DNA of 64,000 nucleotides from Acidobacteriota bacterium (GTDB taxonomy: Bacteria > Acidobacteriota > UBA6911 > RPQK01 > JAJDTT01). A program made the position numbers and the translations under genes. This document shows, in pieces, positions 36,685 through 45,046 of this stretch; position 1 is the first letter of the stretch; every line of letters starts with the position of its first letter. The notes under the pieces were generated by a model, which was not told the DNA's origin, did not search any database, and saw only the letters and a list, made by a program, of their open reading frames with translations. Location: assembly GCA_965263035.1 (NCBI GenBank), contig OZ253580.1, positions 4,864,001 through 4,928,000 on the forward strand, read 5' to 3'.

Positions 36685-37050
36685 ATGCGGCACCACGTGG
36701 GGAAGGTCGAGGATCTGCCTCCCGGCTCCAGGAAGATCGTCCCACTCGGCGGCCGGAGCGGCATCGGCGTCTTCAACGTCAGCGGCAAATACTACGCCGT
36801 AAAAAACGTCTGCCCTCACCAAGGAGGGCCCCTCTGCCTGGGACGTCTCCGGCCCCACGTCGGTTCCAGCGGCCCCTACCACGTCACCTGGGAGCGGGAG
36901 GGCGAAATCCTCAAGTGCCCCTGGCACAACTGGGAGTTCGACCTGAAGACGGGCCGGGCCCTCTACGACCCCCGGTTGCGCGTGAGGGCGTACCGGGTGA
37001 CGGTCGAGGGAGATGACATCTATCTCCACCTGACCCGGCCGGAGGGGTGA
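36685..37050 (+). CDS. Rieske [2Fe-2S] ferredoxin
   Basis: CPHQGGPL and CPWHNWEFDLKTG. Confidence 0.92.
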   Translation: MRHHVGKVEDLPPGSRKIVPLGGRSGIGVFNVSGKYYAVKNVCPHQGGPLCLGRLRPHVGSSGPYHVTWEREGEILKCPWHNWEFDLKTGRALYDPRLRVRAYRVTVEGDDIYLHLTRPEG

Positions 37051-37053
37051 CTT

Positions 37054-37197
37054 GGAGGGGGGACAGTCTTGTCCCCCACTCTTCCTCCACGTTCAATTAG
37101 GCGCCCTCTTCTGTCCCCTTGTGGGCGCCCTCTTCTGTTCGAATCGGAACAGGGCGCGGCCAGATGAAGAAGTCGGCGGCAAGAAAGCCGCCGCTCC
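37054..37197. repeat. REP-like cluster between convergent genes
   Basis: GGGGGAC...GTCCCC hairpin, GGCGCCCTCTTCTGT twice, and CGGCGGC-AAGAAA-GCCGCCGCTCC (37174-37197). Confidence 0.65.
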
Positions 37198-37733
37198 TAC
37201 TCTCCCAGCTCGTGGCAGAGATGGCATTCGGTGGAAACGGAGGAGGCCTGGTGGCAGTTCATGCACATCTCCATGTTGCTGGAGACCTCCTGGGCCAGAA
37301 CCTCTCGTCTCTCTACGGGACCGTGGCAGGACTTGCAGGGAAGCTGGGCCTTCACATGACTGGCGTGACTGAAGAAGACGAAGTCGGGAAGCTGGTAGAC
37401 TCGGACCCATTCGGGTTCCTTGCTCTCACGATGCAGGGCCTTTAACGCCTGAATACCCGGGTGGTTCTTGCGGACGCTGTCGTGGCAGGTCAGGCAGACG
37501 GCCGGCGCCGGAAACTTGGCTCGCTCCCCCTCGGATGCTCCGGAATGACAGCCTCCGCAGGTCAGGCCGAGGCGGGAGTGGAGCTTGTGGCTGAAGGGGA
37601 TCGGCTGAGGCGCCACCACACGGGGAAGATTCTCCTTCTTTCCCCGGTACTGGGGCACCACCTGGGCGAGACCAGGCAGCGAGGAGCAGGGAAGGGTCAA
37701 GAGGCATAGCCACCCCAGCCGCTTGGCGTGCAT
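37197..37733 (-). CDS. Periplasmic pentaheme cytochrome c (c3/c7, ActA-like)
   Basis: Five CxxCH motifs (CGGCH, CLTCH, CKSCH, CMNCH, CHLCH), QPIPFSHKLH, LPDFVFFSH. Confidence 0.88.
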   Translation of the reverse strand: MHAKRLGWLCLLTLPCSSLPGLAQVVPQYRGKKENLPRVVAPQPIPFSHKLHSRLGLTCGGCHSGASEGERAKFPAPAVCLTCHDSVRKNHPGIQALKALHRESKEPEWVRVYQLPDFVFFSHASHVKAQLPCKSCHGPVERREVLAQEVSSNMEMCMNCHQASSVSTECHLCHELGE

Positions 37734-37943
37734 CGGCAGATAGTAACATCACGCCGACGTCTCTTCTCTCACCCCTGTCGGGCAGTTGAACTGCCTGTGG
37801 CCGCCGGATAAAGTCAGGGCAGACTTATGCTTGATTCAGATCTTGCCGCTTCGTCCTGTGGAGCACGCCGCTCCGACCCCGGTTTCCCATGCCCAACCGA
37901 CAGGTTCGTGGGTCGTATCCAATGGACGGTCACACGGGCGGTA

Positions 37944-40934
37944 ATGGCAGGCCTTCACATGCTGCTCCTGGCGGTAACGCCTCTCCTGAGCGAATCCGCA
38001 CCGAAGACTTCGGCCGGAGAAGTCTCTTCAGTCCTTCAGAAGTGCCAGGTCTGCCACCGTGGGGTCGGCGCCATGGCCGGTCTGGATCTGACGACCCGGG
38101 GCGGGGCCCTACTGGGTGGGAGTTCCGGCCCGGCGTTGGAGCCGGGAGCCTCCGCGAAGAGCCTCCTCTATGAGAAGGTCCGATCCGGCGAGATGCCCCC
38201 GGGCGGTCCCTTGTCGAAAGCGGAAGTGGACTCGGTCCGGCACTGGATCGATCAGGGCGCCGCCTGGCCGGCTGGAGACCCGGACGCATCCCAGGCCGGA
38301 GCGGCTTCGCCCGAACCGCTCTGGTGGTCTCTGAAGCCGGTTCATCGCCCGGCCATACCCTCGGTGAAGCGGGGAGCATGGGTCGGGCGACCCATCGACG
38401 CCTTCATCCTGGCAGCTCTGGAGGAGCGGGGGCTGGAGCCTTCTCCGCCGGCGGCCCGGGAGGTGTTGATCCGGCGGGCGACGTTGGATCTGCTGGGGTT
38501 GCCCCCCACGCCCGGGGAGATCGAGGCGTTCGTCTCAGACACCTCGCCCCGAGCCTACGAGAATCTGGTGAGCCGCCTGCTGGCCTCGCCTCACTACGGC
38601 GAGCGCTGGGGCCGGCATTGGCTGGATCTGGCCCGTTTCGGGGAAAGCCAGGGCTACGAACGGGACAAGATCCGGGACCATGCCTGGCCCTACCGCGACT
38701 ATGTGATTCGCAGCTTCAATCAGGACAAGCCCTATGCCCGGTTCATCCTGGAGCAGCTCGCCGGAGACGTTCTGGAGCCTCGGACCCGGGACGGGGTCGC
38801 GGCCACCGGTTTCCTGGTCGCGGCTGCCTGGGACGAGGTGGGGAACACGCAGCAGAGCGACCTCATGCGAGCCCGGGTCCGGGCCGAGGAAATGGAAGAG
38901 ATGGTGGGGACGGTGGCCCAGACCTTCCTCGGCATGACGGTCAACTGTGCGAGATGCCATGACCACAAGTTCGACCCCATCTCCCAGCGGGACTACTATC
39001 GTCTGAAGGCCTGCCTGGACGGAATCCGGCCCGGAAACCGGCCCTGGATGACGCTGGCGGAGACGGCCGCCCACAAGGAACGAACCGAGCCTCTCACGGA
39101 TGCAATCCGTCTCCTGAAGCGGCGTCTGGCCCAGCTTCAGGACCAGGTCCGGGAGCGGGTCCTGAGGAAGCGGGGGATCGCTCCGCAACCAGTCCCCGAA
39201 CCCATCTCTCGTTGGACCTTCGACCTGAACGGGATCGACTCGGTTGGTGACGGGCATCTGTCCCTGGAACCGGAAGCGTTGGCAGAAGATGGCGGTATCC
39301 GGTTCGAGGATGGCGCCATCCGGATCAAGGACGCCGAGGGCCGATCCGAGGCGTTGCCCGTAGAACTGTCGGAAAAGACACTTGAGGCATGGGTCCGGGT
39401 CTCAAAAGAGAACCACGAATTCCACTTCTTCAAGGTCGACGATACCGATTCGCCGCTGCCCAGGGGGAGGTTCGATGCCATCTACTACCACCACAAATCC
39501 CGCTCCTGGCGAAACCTGAGCGAGTTCAAGAATCGCACCGTCGATCCCGAGCGGCCCAAGGAGACGAAGACAGAGACTCCGATTCACATCGCCATTGCCT
39601 ATGACTCCCAGAGCCGGATCCGAATCTACCGTGAGGGGCTGCTCTATTGGGCCCAGGATCCCAAGGGAGAGGGTCCCGAGTCCGCTCTTCAAGTCTTTTC
39701 CCGGGGCCGGGCCAGGGTCGTTTTCGGCGGGAGCAGGACAGGGGCGGTGGAGGAAGCTCGGCTCTACGATCGGGCCCTGGGCTCGGAGGAGATCGCTGCC
39801 TCCTTCCGGGCCGGCATCCAGCGGGTCACTCCCGAGGAGTGGAACGCCGAGGCCAGCTCTCAAGAGCGGCTCACCGGAGATGAACTGCTGGAGGAGGTGG
39901 CTCGTCAGGAACGGTTGCTGGAAGGTGCTGCCCCGGTTCCCCTGGTCTACGCCGTCCGGACTTATTGGGCTGCGCCGCCGGTGGTCATGGAGCGGGGGGA
40001 CCCGGCGACGCCGGGCGACCCGGTCGTTCCCGGAGGCCTCCTCGCCATCTCTTCTCCGGAGCCGGAATTCGGATTGCCTCCCGATGGGCACGAGGGCCAG
40101 CGCCGGCTTCGCTTGGCGCAATGGATCACCGACCCGGACCATCCCCTCACGGCGCGTGTCCTGATGAACCGGGTCTGGCACTATCACTTCGGGCGGGGAA
40201 TCGTCTCGACCCCCAATGATTTCGGATTCAACGGCGGCCGTGCCTCACACCCCGAGCTTCTGGACTGGCTGGCACAGTCCTTCCTCCGGCAAGGGGGCAG
40301 CGTGAAACAGTTGCACCGGGAGATCATGCTCTCCAACACGTACCAACAGTCGTCGGGGTTCCGGGCGGACGCGGCGGAGGCCGACGCGGAAAACAGGCTG
40401 CTCTGGCGCTTCTCCCCCCGGCGACTGGAGGCCGAAGTGATCCGGGACTCGTTGCTCGCCGTCAGCGGCCGCCTGAACCGGGAGTTCGGTGGACCCGGAT
40501 TCCGCCCCTTCGAGGTGAAGTTTTTCAACAGTCACTTCTACGACCTGGTCGACTCCGCCGAGCCGCCGATGCGGAAACGCACCGTCTACCGGATCGTGGT
40601 CCGATCTGGGCACGATCCCATGTTGGAAGCGTTCGATTGCCCTGACGCCTCCAGCAAGGCGCCTCGCCGGAGCAACACCACGACGCCCATCCAAGCCCTG
40701 GCGCTCATGAACAGTCCCTTCGTGCTGCGCCAGGCGGATCATCTGGCCGATCGGCTCCGCCGGGCGCTTCCCGGCGACAGCGCGGCGCAGATCGACTTGG
40801 CCTATCGACTGGCCCTGGGAAGACCCCCCAATCCGCAGGAATCGGGCCGGGCCGCGGCCCATGCCGGCGACCAGGGCCTGGAGAGCTTCTGCTGGGCGCT
40901 CCTGAACTCGAGCGAATTCCTCTACCTGAATTGA
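37944..40934 (+). CDS. Planctomycete cytochrome c / DUF1549 / DUF1553 protein with LamG-like insert
   Basis: CQVCH, YGERWGRHWLD, CARCHDHKFDP, HPLTARVLMNRVW, QALALMNS; start uncertain. Confidence 0.9.
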   Translation: MAGLHMLLLAVTPLLSESAPKTSAGEVSSVLQKCQVCHRGVGAMAGLDLTTRGGALLGGSSGPALEPGASAKSLLYEKVRSGEMPPGGPLSKAEVDSVRHWIDQGAAWPAGDPDASQAGAASPEPLWWSLKPVHRPAIPSVKRGAWVGRPIDAFILAALEERGLEPSPPAAREVLIRRATLDLLGLPPTPGEIEAFVSDTSPRAYENLVSRLLASPHYGERWGRHWLDLARFGESQGYERDKIRDHAWPYRDYVIRSFNQDKPYARFILEQLAGDVLEPRTRDGVAATGFLVAAAWDEVGNTQQSDLMRARVRAEEMEEMVGTVAQTFLGMTVNCARCHDHKFDPISQRDYYRLKACLDGIRPGNRPWMTLAETAAHKERTEPLTDAIRLLKRRLAQLQDQVRERVLRKRGIAPQPVPEPISRWTFDLNGIDSVGDGHLSLEPEALAEDGGIRFEDGAIRIKDAEGRSEALPVELSEKTLEAWVRVSKENHEFHFFKVDDTDSPLPRGRFDAIYYHHKSRSWRNLSEFKNRTVDPERPKETKTETPIHIAIAYDSQSRIRIYREGLLYWAQDPKGEGPESALQVFSRGRARVVFGGSRTGAVEEARLYDRALGSEEIAASFRAGIQRVTPEEWNAEASSQERLTGDELLEEVARQERLLEGAAPVPLVYAVRTYWAAPPVVMERGDPATPGDPVVPGGLLAISSPEPEFGLPPDGHEGQRRLRLAQWITDPDHPLTARVLMNRVWHYHFGRGIVSTPNDFGFNGGRASHPELLDWLAQSFLRQGGSVKQLHREIMLSNTYQQSSGFRADAAEADAENRLLWRFSPRRLEAEVIRDSLLAVSGRLNREFGGPGFRPFEVKFFNSHFYDLVDSAEPPMRKRTVYRIVVRSGHDPMLEAFDCPDASSKAPRRSNTTTPIQALALMNSPFVLRQADHLADRLRRALPGDSAAQIDLAYRLALGRPPNPQESGRAAAHAGDQGLESFCWALLNSSEFLYLN

Positions 40935-40948
40935 TACGGGAAGACTCC

Positions 40949-42391
40949 ATGGACAAATTCAATCCGCCGGCCACCGCGCTGCTGCCCAGGCGGCACTTTC
41001 TCTGGAACTCGGGTGGCGGCCTCGGCGCCATCGCTCTTGCCTGCCTACTCCAGGACGAGTCCCGGGGAGGTGAGGACCGGTCCCGGTTTGGGGCTCGCTC
41101 TCCTCATTTTCCGGGTCCCGCCAAACGGATCCTGCACATTTACGCCGCTGGAGGTGTCAGTCACGTGGACACCTTCGACTACAAGCCCGAGTTGGCCCGG
41201 CTGGACGGCAAGACCATGACCGGGAAGGGAAAAGTCGACACCTTCTTCGGACGGCCCGGAACCTTGATGAAGAGTCCGTTCGAGTTCCGAAGAAGGGGCC
41301 GGAGTGGGCTCTGGGTCAGCGATCTGCTGCCCCACTTGGCGGAGCGCGCCGACGACCTCTGCGTGATTCGGTCCATGGAGGCCAAGAGCTCCAATCACAC
41401 TCCCGCCACGTTTCATATGAATTCGGGGTTCACCCGCAACGGATTCCCTTCCATGGGTTCGTGGGTCACCTATGGCCTGGGATCCGAGAACCGGGACCTG
41501 CCCGGTTTCATCGTACTTCCCGATCCCCGGGGCCTACCCGCCGGAGGGTCCATCAACTGGACGGCCGGTTTTCTGCCGGCGTCCCACCAGGGTGTGGCCT
41601 TCCGCAACTCGGGCGACCCCCTGCCCTACCTGTCGACCCCGCCCACCATCTCCTCCCGGCGCCGGACCAGTGAGATGAAACTGCTGGCTCGGATGAACCG
41701 GGAACACCTGGAAACCAATCCCGGAGACAGCGCCCTGGAGGCACGGATCCAGTCCTACGAGCTGGCGGCCCGCATGCAGATGACCATTCCCGACATTGTG
41801 GACCTGGACACGGAGCGGTCCGAGACGCGGCGGCTCTACGGCCTGGACCAGGAAAAGACGGCCGCCTTCGGCCGGAACTGCCTTTTAGCTCGCCGGCTGC
41901 TGGAGAAGGGTGTCCGAGTGGTGCAGGTCTGGTGCGGGGGCGCCTTCGGCCGGCCCCGCATCAACTGGGACGGGCACGAGGACATCGTGGAGAACCACAC
42001 CGAGCAGGCCCAGACCATGGATCGTCCCCTGGCCGGACTCCTGAAGGATCTTAAGGACCGGGGCATGCTACAGGACACTCTGGTGGTATGGTCGACGGAA
42101 TTCGGCCGAACCCCGTTCACCGAGGGACTGGGCGCCCGGGGCCGCGACCATCATCAGCACGCGTTCACCTGCTGGCTCGCCGGAGCGGGTGTCCGAAAGG
42201 GTTTCAGCTACGGCGTTTCGGACGACGTGGGTTACTACGTGGGCGAGGATCCGGTCACCATCTACGACTTCCACGCCACCATCCTTCATCTGCTGGGGCT
42301 GGACCACAAGCAGCTCACCTTCTACCACAACGGCATTCAGCGACGCCTCACCGACGTCCACGGCCACGTGGTGCGGGGTGTGTTGGCGTAA
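40949..42391 (+). CDS. DUF1501 domain protein (sulfatase-like)
   Basis: GGVSHVDTFDYKP, PSMGSWVTYGLG, WDGH, EFGRTP, GRDHH, RLTDVHG. Confidence 0.9.
   Translation: MDKFNPPATALLPRRHFLWNSGGGLGAIALACLLQDESRGGEDRSRFGARSPHFPGPAKRILHIYAAGGVSHVDTFDYKPELARLDGKTMTGKGKVDTFFGRPGTLMKSPFEFRRRGRSGLWVSDLLPHLAERADDLCVIRSMEAKSSNHTPATFHMNSGFTRNGFPSMGSWVTYGLGSENRDLPGFIVLPDPRGLPAGGSINWTAGFLPASHQGVAFRNSGDPLPYLSTPPTISSRRRTSEMKLLARMNREHLETNPGDSALEARIQSYELAARMQMTIPDIVDLDTERSETRRLYGLDQEKTAAFGRNCLLARRLLEKGVRVVQVWCGGAFGRPRINWDGHEDIVENHTEQAQTMDRPLAGLLKDLKDRGMLQDTLVVWSTEFGRTPFTEGLGARGRDHHQHAFTCWLAGAGVRKGFSYGVSDDVGYYVGEDPVTIYDFHATILHLLGLDHKQLTFYHNGIQRRLTDVHGHVVRGVLA
42292..42368 (+). repeat. 77-bp direct repeat, copy 1 (3' end of the DUF1501 gene)
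   Basis: About 70/77 identical (hand count) to 44850-44926. Confidence 0.85.
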
Positions 42392-42471
42392 GGTCGAGTC
42401 ACCACCATCGAGTTCGAAGATGGGGAGCCGGCTCCAAAAGGCCGATTCCATCCAGGAGTGCGCATTTCAGG

Positions 42472-44799
42472 ATGGACAACGAAACACTCGAGAAGCTGCT
42501 GCAGTCTATTGACCGCCCGGGAAACTTTTTCACCCACGGCCGGTTGCTGATCCCCATGCCGGTGCTGAAGGTCGACGGCGTCGGGTTGCTCGCTTTCCCG
42601 GTTCCCGACGTACAGGTTCGCGCATTGATCGAGGTGGCCGAACGTGCTCCCTACGGCAAGGGGCCGGAGACGTTGGTCGATACGTCCGTCCGCGACTGCC
42701 GGCAGATCGACGCGGCGCGAGTTCGCCTCGGCGGCCGAGCGTGGCCGGAGACGTTTTCCGAAATTCTCGGCGCCACCGCGACCGGTCTCGGCTTCCCCGT
42801 CGAGCGGCTGGACGCGCAACTCTACAAAATGCTCGTCTACCCATCGGGAGGGTTCTTTTCGTCGCACCGCGACACCGCGAAAGCCGACGGTATGATCGCC
42901 ACCCTCACGATCTCGCTGCCGACAGCAGGCGCCGGCGGCGAGTTGATCGTCCGCCACCACGGCCGGGAGGTGACGCTCGACATGAACGCCGACGAGCCCT
43001 CGGAACTGGCCTTCGCGGCGTTCTACGCCGATTGCCCGCACGAAACGCGGCCCGTCCGCCGGGGCCACCGGCTGTCCCTCGTCTTCAACCTCTGCCTTCG
43101 CTCCGGCGACACCGATACACCGCGGCGCGCTCCCGACTATTCCGATCGGGTCGAGAGTGTCACCGAGCATCTCGTCAACTGGCGGGAGAGCGATCATCCG
43201 CCCGAAAAGTACGTCTGGGTCATGGAGCACGACTACAGCGAGAACGGACGCTCCTTCGCCGCATTGAAGAATACCGACGCGGCGGTGGCTCGGGTTCTGT
43301 CGCAGTCGGCAGATCGCGCCGAGTGCGAGTTGTATCTGGCGATCGTACACATCAACGAAGAGGGCATCGCCGTACCCGACATCGATTACGGCCACTGGGA
43401 TGAAATGAATGCCGCTGAGATGGTGATGGACGAGTTGCTCGAACGCAGCCGCTGGCTCGACGGCTGGATCGACCGGGACGGACGCCGCCCGCCTTTCGGA
43501 ACGGTCCCGTTGGTCAGGCAGGAACTCTTGCCCGAGGGCGCGCTCGACGACGCCGAACCGGACGACCGATGGCTGCACGAAGCGACGGGCAACGCGAACA
43601 TGACCATCGAGCAGGTCTATCGTCGTGCGGCCTTCGTGATCTGGCCGCGGTCGAAGACGCTCGACGTCATCAGGAGCGGCGGCATCGACCCGGCGGTGGC
43701 CTGGGTGGCCGAGCAATTCGACGGCGCCGGTGGGATTGCCAACGCGCGAATCAGCGATCTGGTGGACCGGTTGATCGGGATCTGGCCCTTCGAACCATAC
43801 GTCTCCGACGAGCAGGCCCGCGTCAAGATGCTTCGCCTGCTCGCTGTGATCGGAGACAAAAACCTCACCTTCCGCTTCCTTCATCAAGTCGTGTTACGCA
43901 AGTATGTCGGCAGTGAGAACGAAGACTTGCTGAAGGCGTTGCGTGGGATCGGGCCGGATGCCGGCGGAAAATTCCTGGTCGCATTCGTCAAAACGCACCT
44001 GGTATACCGGCCGGGCGATACGCTGGCGCTGCTGGAGCGCGTCGGTGAGACGGAGGGACCCGCATGGAGCGGCGTGCTCCGGGACGCCGCCGGGCAGGCT
44101 TTGGCCGACTGGCCCGCCGTTATGAAGCCGCCGGTGAAGACTGACCGGACAACGTGGGTCGATCAGGAACGGAAGCGGGAACCCATCGACCATGGAGCGA
44201 TCCGTGATCTCTTCGGGCTGGCTTCGCGTTGCGGGTTGGCGGAGGACGCCAAGATTGCCGCCGCGGCCATCGCTGACCACCCACAGCTCATCACACCGGA
44301 GCGGATGGTTCCGGCGGCGCTGAAACAACTCCGCCTCCAGGAGGCGCTGCCGAGGTCAGCCGCCTACGCTTGGTTATGGCGCCACGCCGTAGCTTCGCTG
44401 CTGGAGCGTAGCGCGACGGCTCCCGAGGTGCCGCGGGACTGGAGGACTGCAGCCCCCACCGGCTGCCATTGCCAGCACTGCGCCAAGCTCCGGGCCTTCT
44501 GCGACAGCCCCGTCGCCAGGACGGAGCGTTTCAAGCTGCGCAAGGACCTGCGCAAACACCTGCATCGGGTCATCGACGGCCACCGGCTCGACATGTCCCA
44601 CGTGACCCAACGCAAGGGCAGACCGTTCACCCTCGTGTGCACCAAGAACCGGGCGAGCTACCGGCGCCGGCTCACGGAGTATGGCAAGGACGCCTCTTGG
44701 ATGCGTTCGTTGATCCGTTCGGCGCCCTGCGGGGAGTGGAGGAAACTCTGCGCGGCCGAATTGGAGCGGTTGCACGAGGCGGTCGCCGAGTCGAAGTGA
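42472..44799 (+). CDS. Large 2OG-Fe(II) oxygenase domain protein
   Basis: AGGAG RBS; APYGKG, LYKMLVY..GGFFSSHRDT (HxD), GGEL, AFYADCPHETRPV (distal His), RLSLVFNL; helical C-terminus with CxCxxC. Confidence 0.85.
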   Translation: MDNETLEKLLQSIDRPGNFFTHGRLLIPMPVLKVDGVGLLAFPVPDVQVRALIEVAERAPYGKGPETLVDTSVRDCRQIDAARVRLGGRAWPETFSEILGATATGLGFPVERLDAQLYKMLVYPSGGFFSSHRDTAKADGMIATLTISLPTAGAGGELIVRHHGREVTLDMNADEPSELAFAAFYADCPHETRPVRRGHRLSLVFNLCLRSGDTDTPRRAPDYSDRVESVTEHLVNWRESDHPPEKYVWVMEHDYSENGRSFAALKNTDAAVARVLSQSADRAECELYLAIVHINEEGIAVPDIDYGHWDEMNAAEMVMDELLERSRWLDGWIDRDGRRPPFGTVPLVRQELLPEGALDDAEPDDRWLHEATGNANMTIEQVYRRAAFVIWPRSKTLDVIRSGGIDPAVAWVAEQFDGAGGIANARISDLVDRLIGIWPFEPYVSDEQARVKMLRLLAVIGDKNLTFRFLHQVVLRKYVGSENEDLLKALRGIGPDAGGKFLVAFVKTHLVYRPGDTLALLERVGETEGPAWSGVLRDAAGQALADWPAVMKPPVKTDRTTWVDQERKREPIDHGAIRDLFGLASRCGLAEDAKIAAAAIADHPQLITPERMVPAALKQLRLQEALPRSAAYAWLWRHAVASLLERSATAPEVPRDWRTAAPTGCHCQHCAKLRAFCDSPVARTERFKLRKDLRKHLHRVIDGHRLDMSHVTQRKGRPFTLVCTKNRASYRRRLTEYGKDASWMRSLIRSAPCGEWRKLCAAELERLHEAVAESK

Positions 44800-44849
44800 G
44801 ATTAGTGGATCCGATCCAATTCGTAGTGGAATCATCTTGAATTTCACCG

Positions 44850-44926
44850 GCTGGGGCTGGACCCCAGGAAGCTCACCCTCTACCACAACTGCATTCAGCG
44901 CCGCCTCACCGATGTCCACGGCCACG
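44850..44926 (+). repeat. 77-bp direct repeat, copy 2 (orphan DUF1501 3' fragment)
   Basis: GCTGGGGCTGGACC...CTACCACAAC...CATTCAGCG...CGCCTCACCGA.GTCCACGGCCACG. Confidence 0.85.
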
Positions 44927-45046
44927 GGGAACCGGCATCCGGCTCTTCAAAAAGAAGTGCTATAGTCAAAGTCCGGCCGCCGATAGTCTGAGTACCGCTC
45001 GTGGTGTGTGACTGGCGAATGGGATGAGAGCACTACCGGCCGCCCC

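Noticed and set aside
42088-42471. N-terminal extension of the 903-aa ORF
   Set aside because: It overlaps the DUF1501 gene out of frame; RBS and ATG at 42472 give the plausible start.
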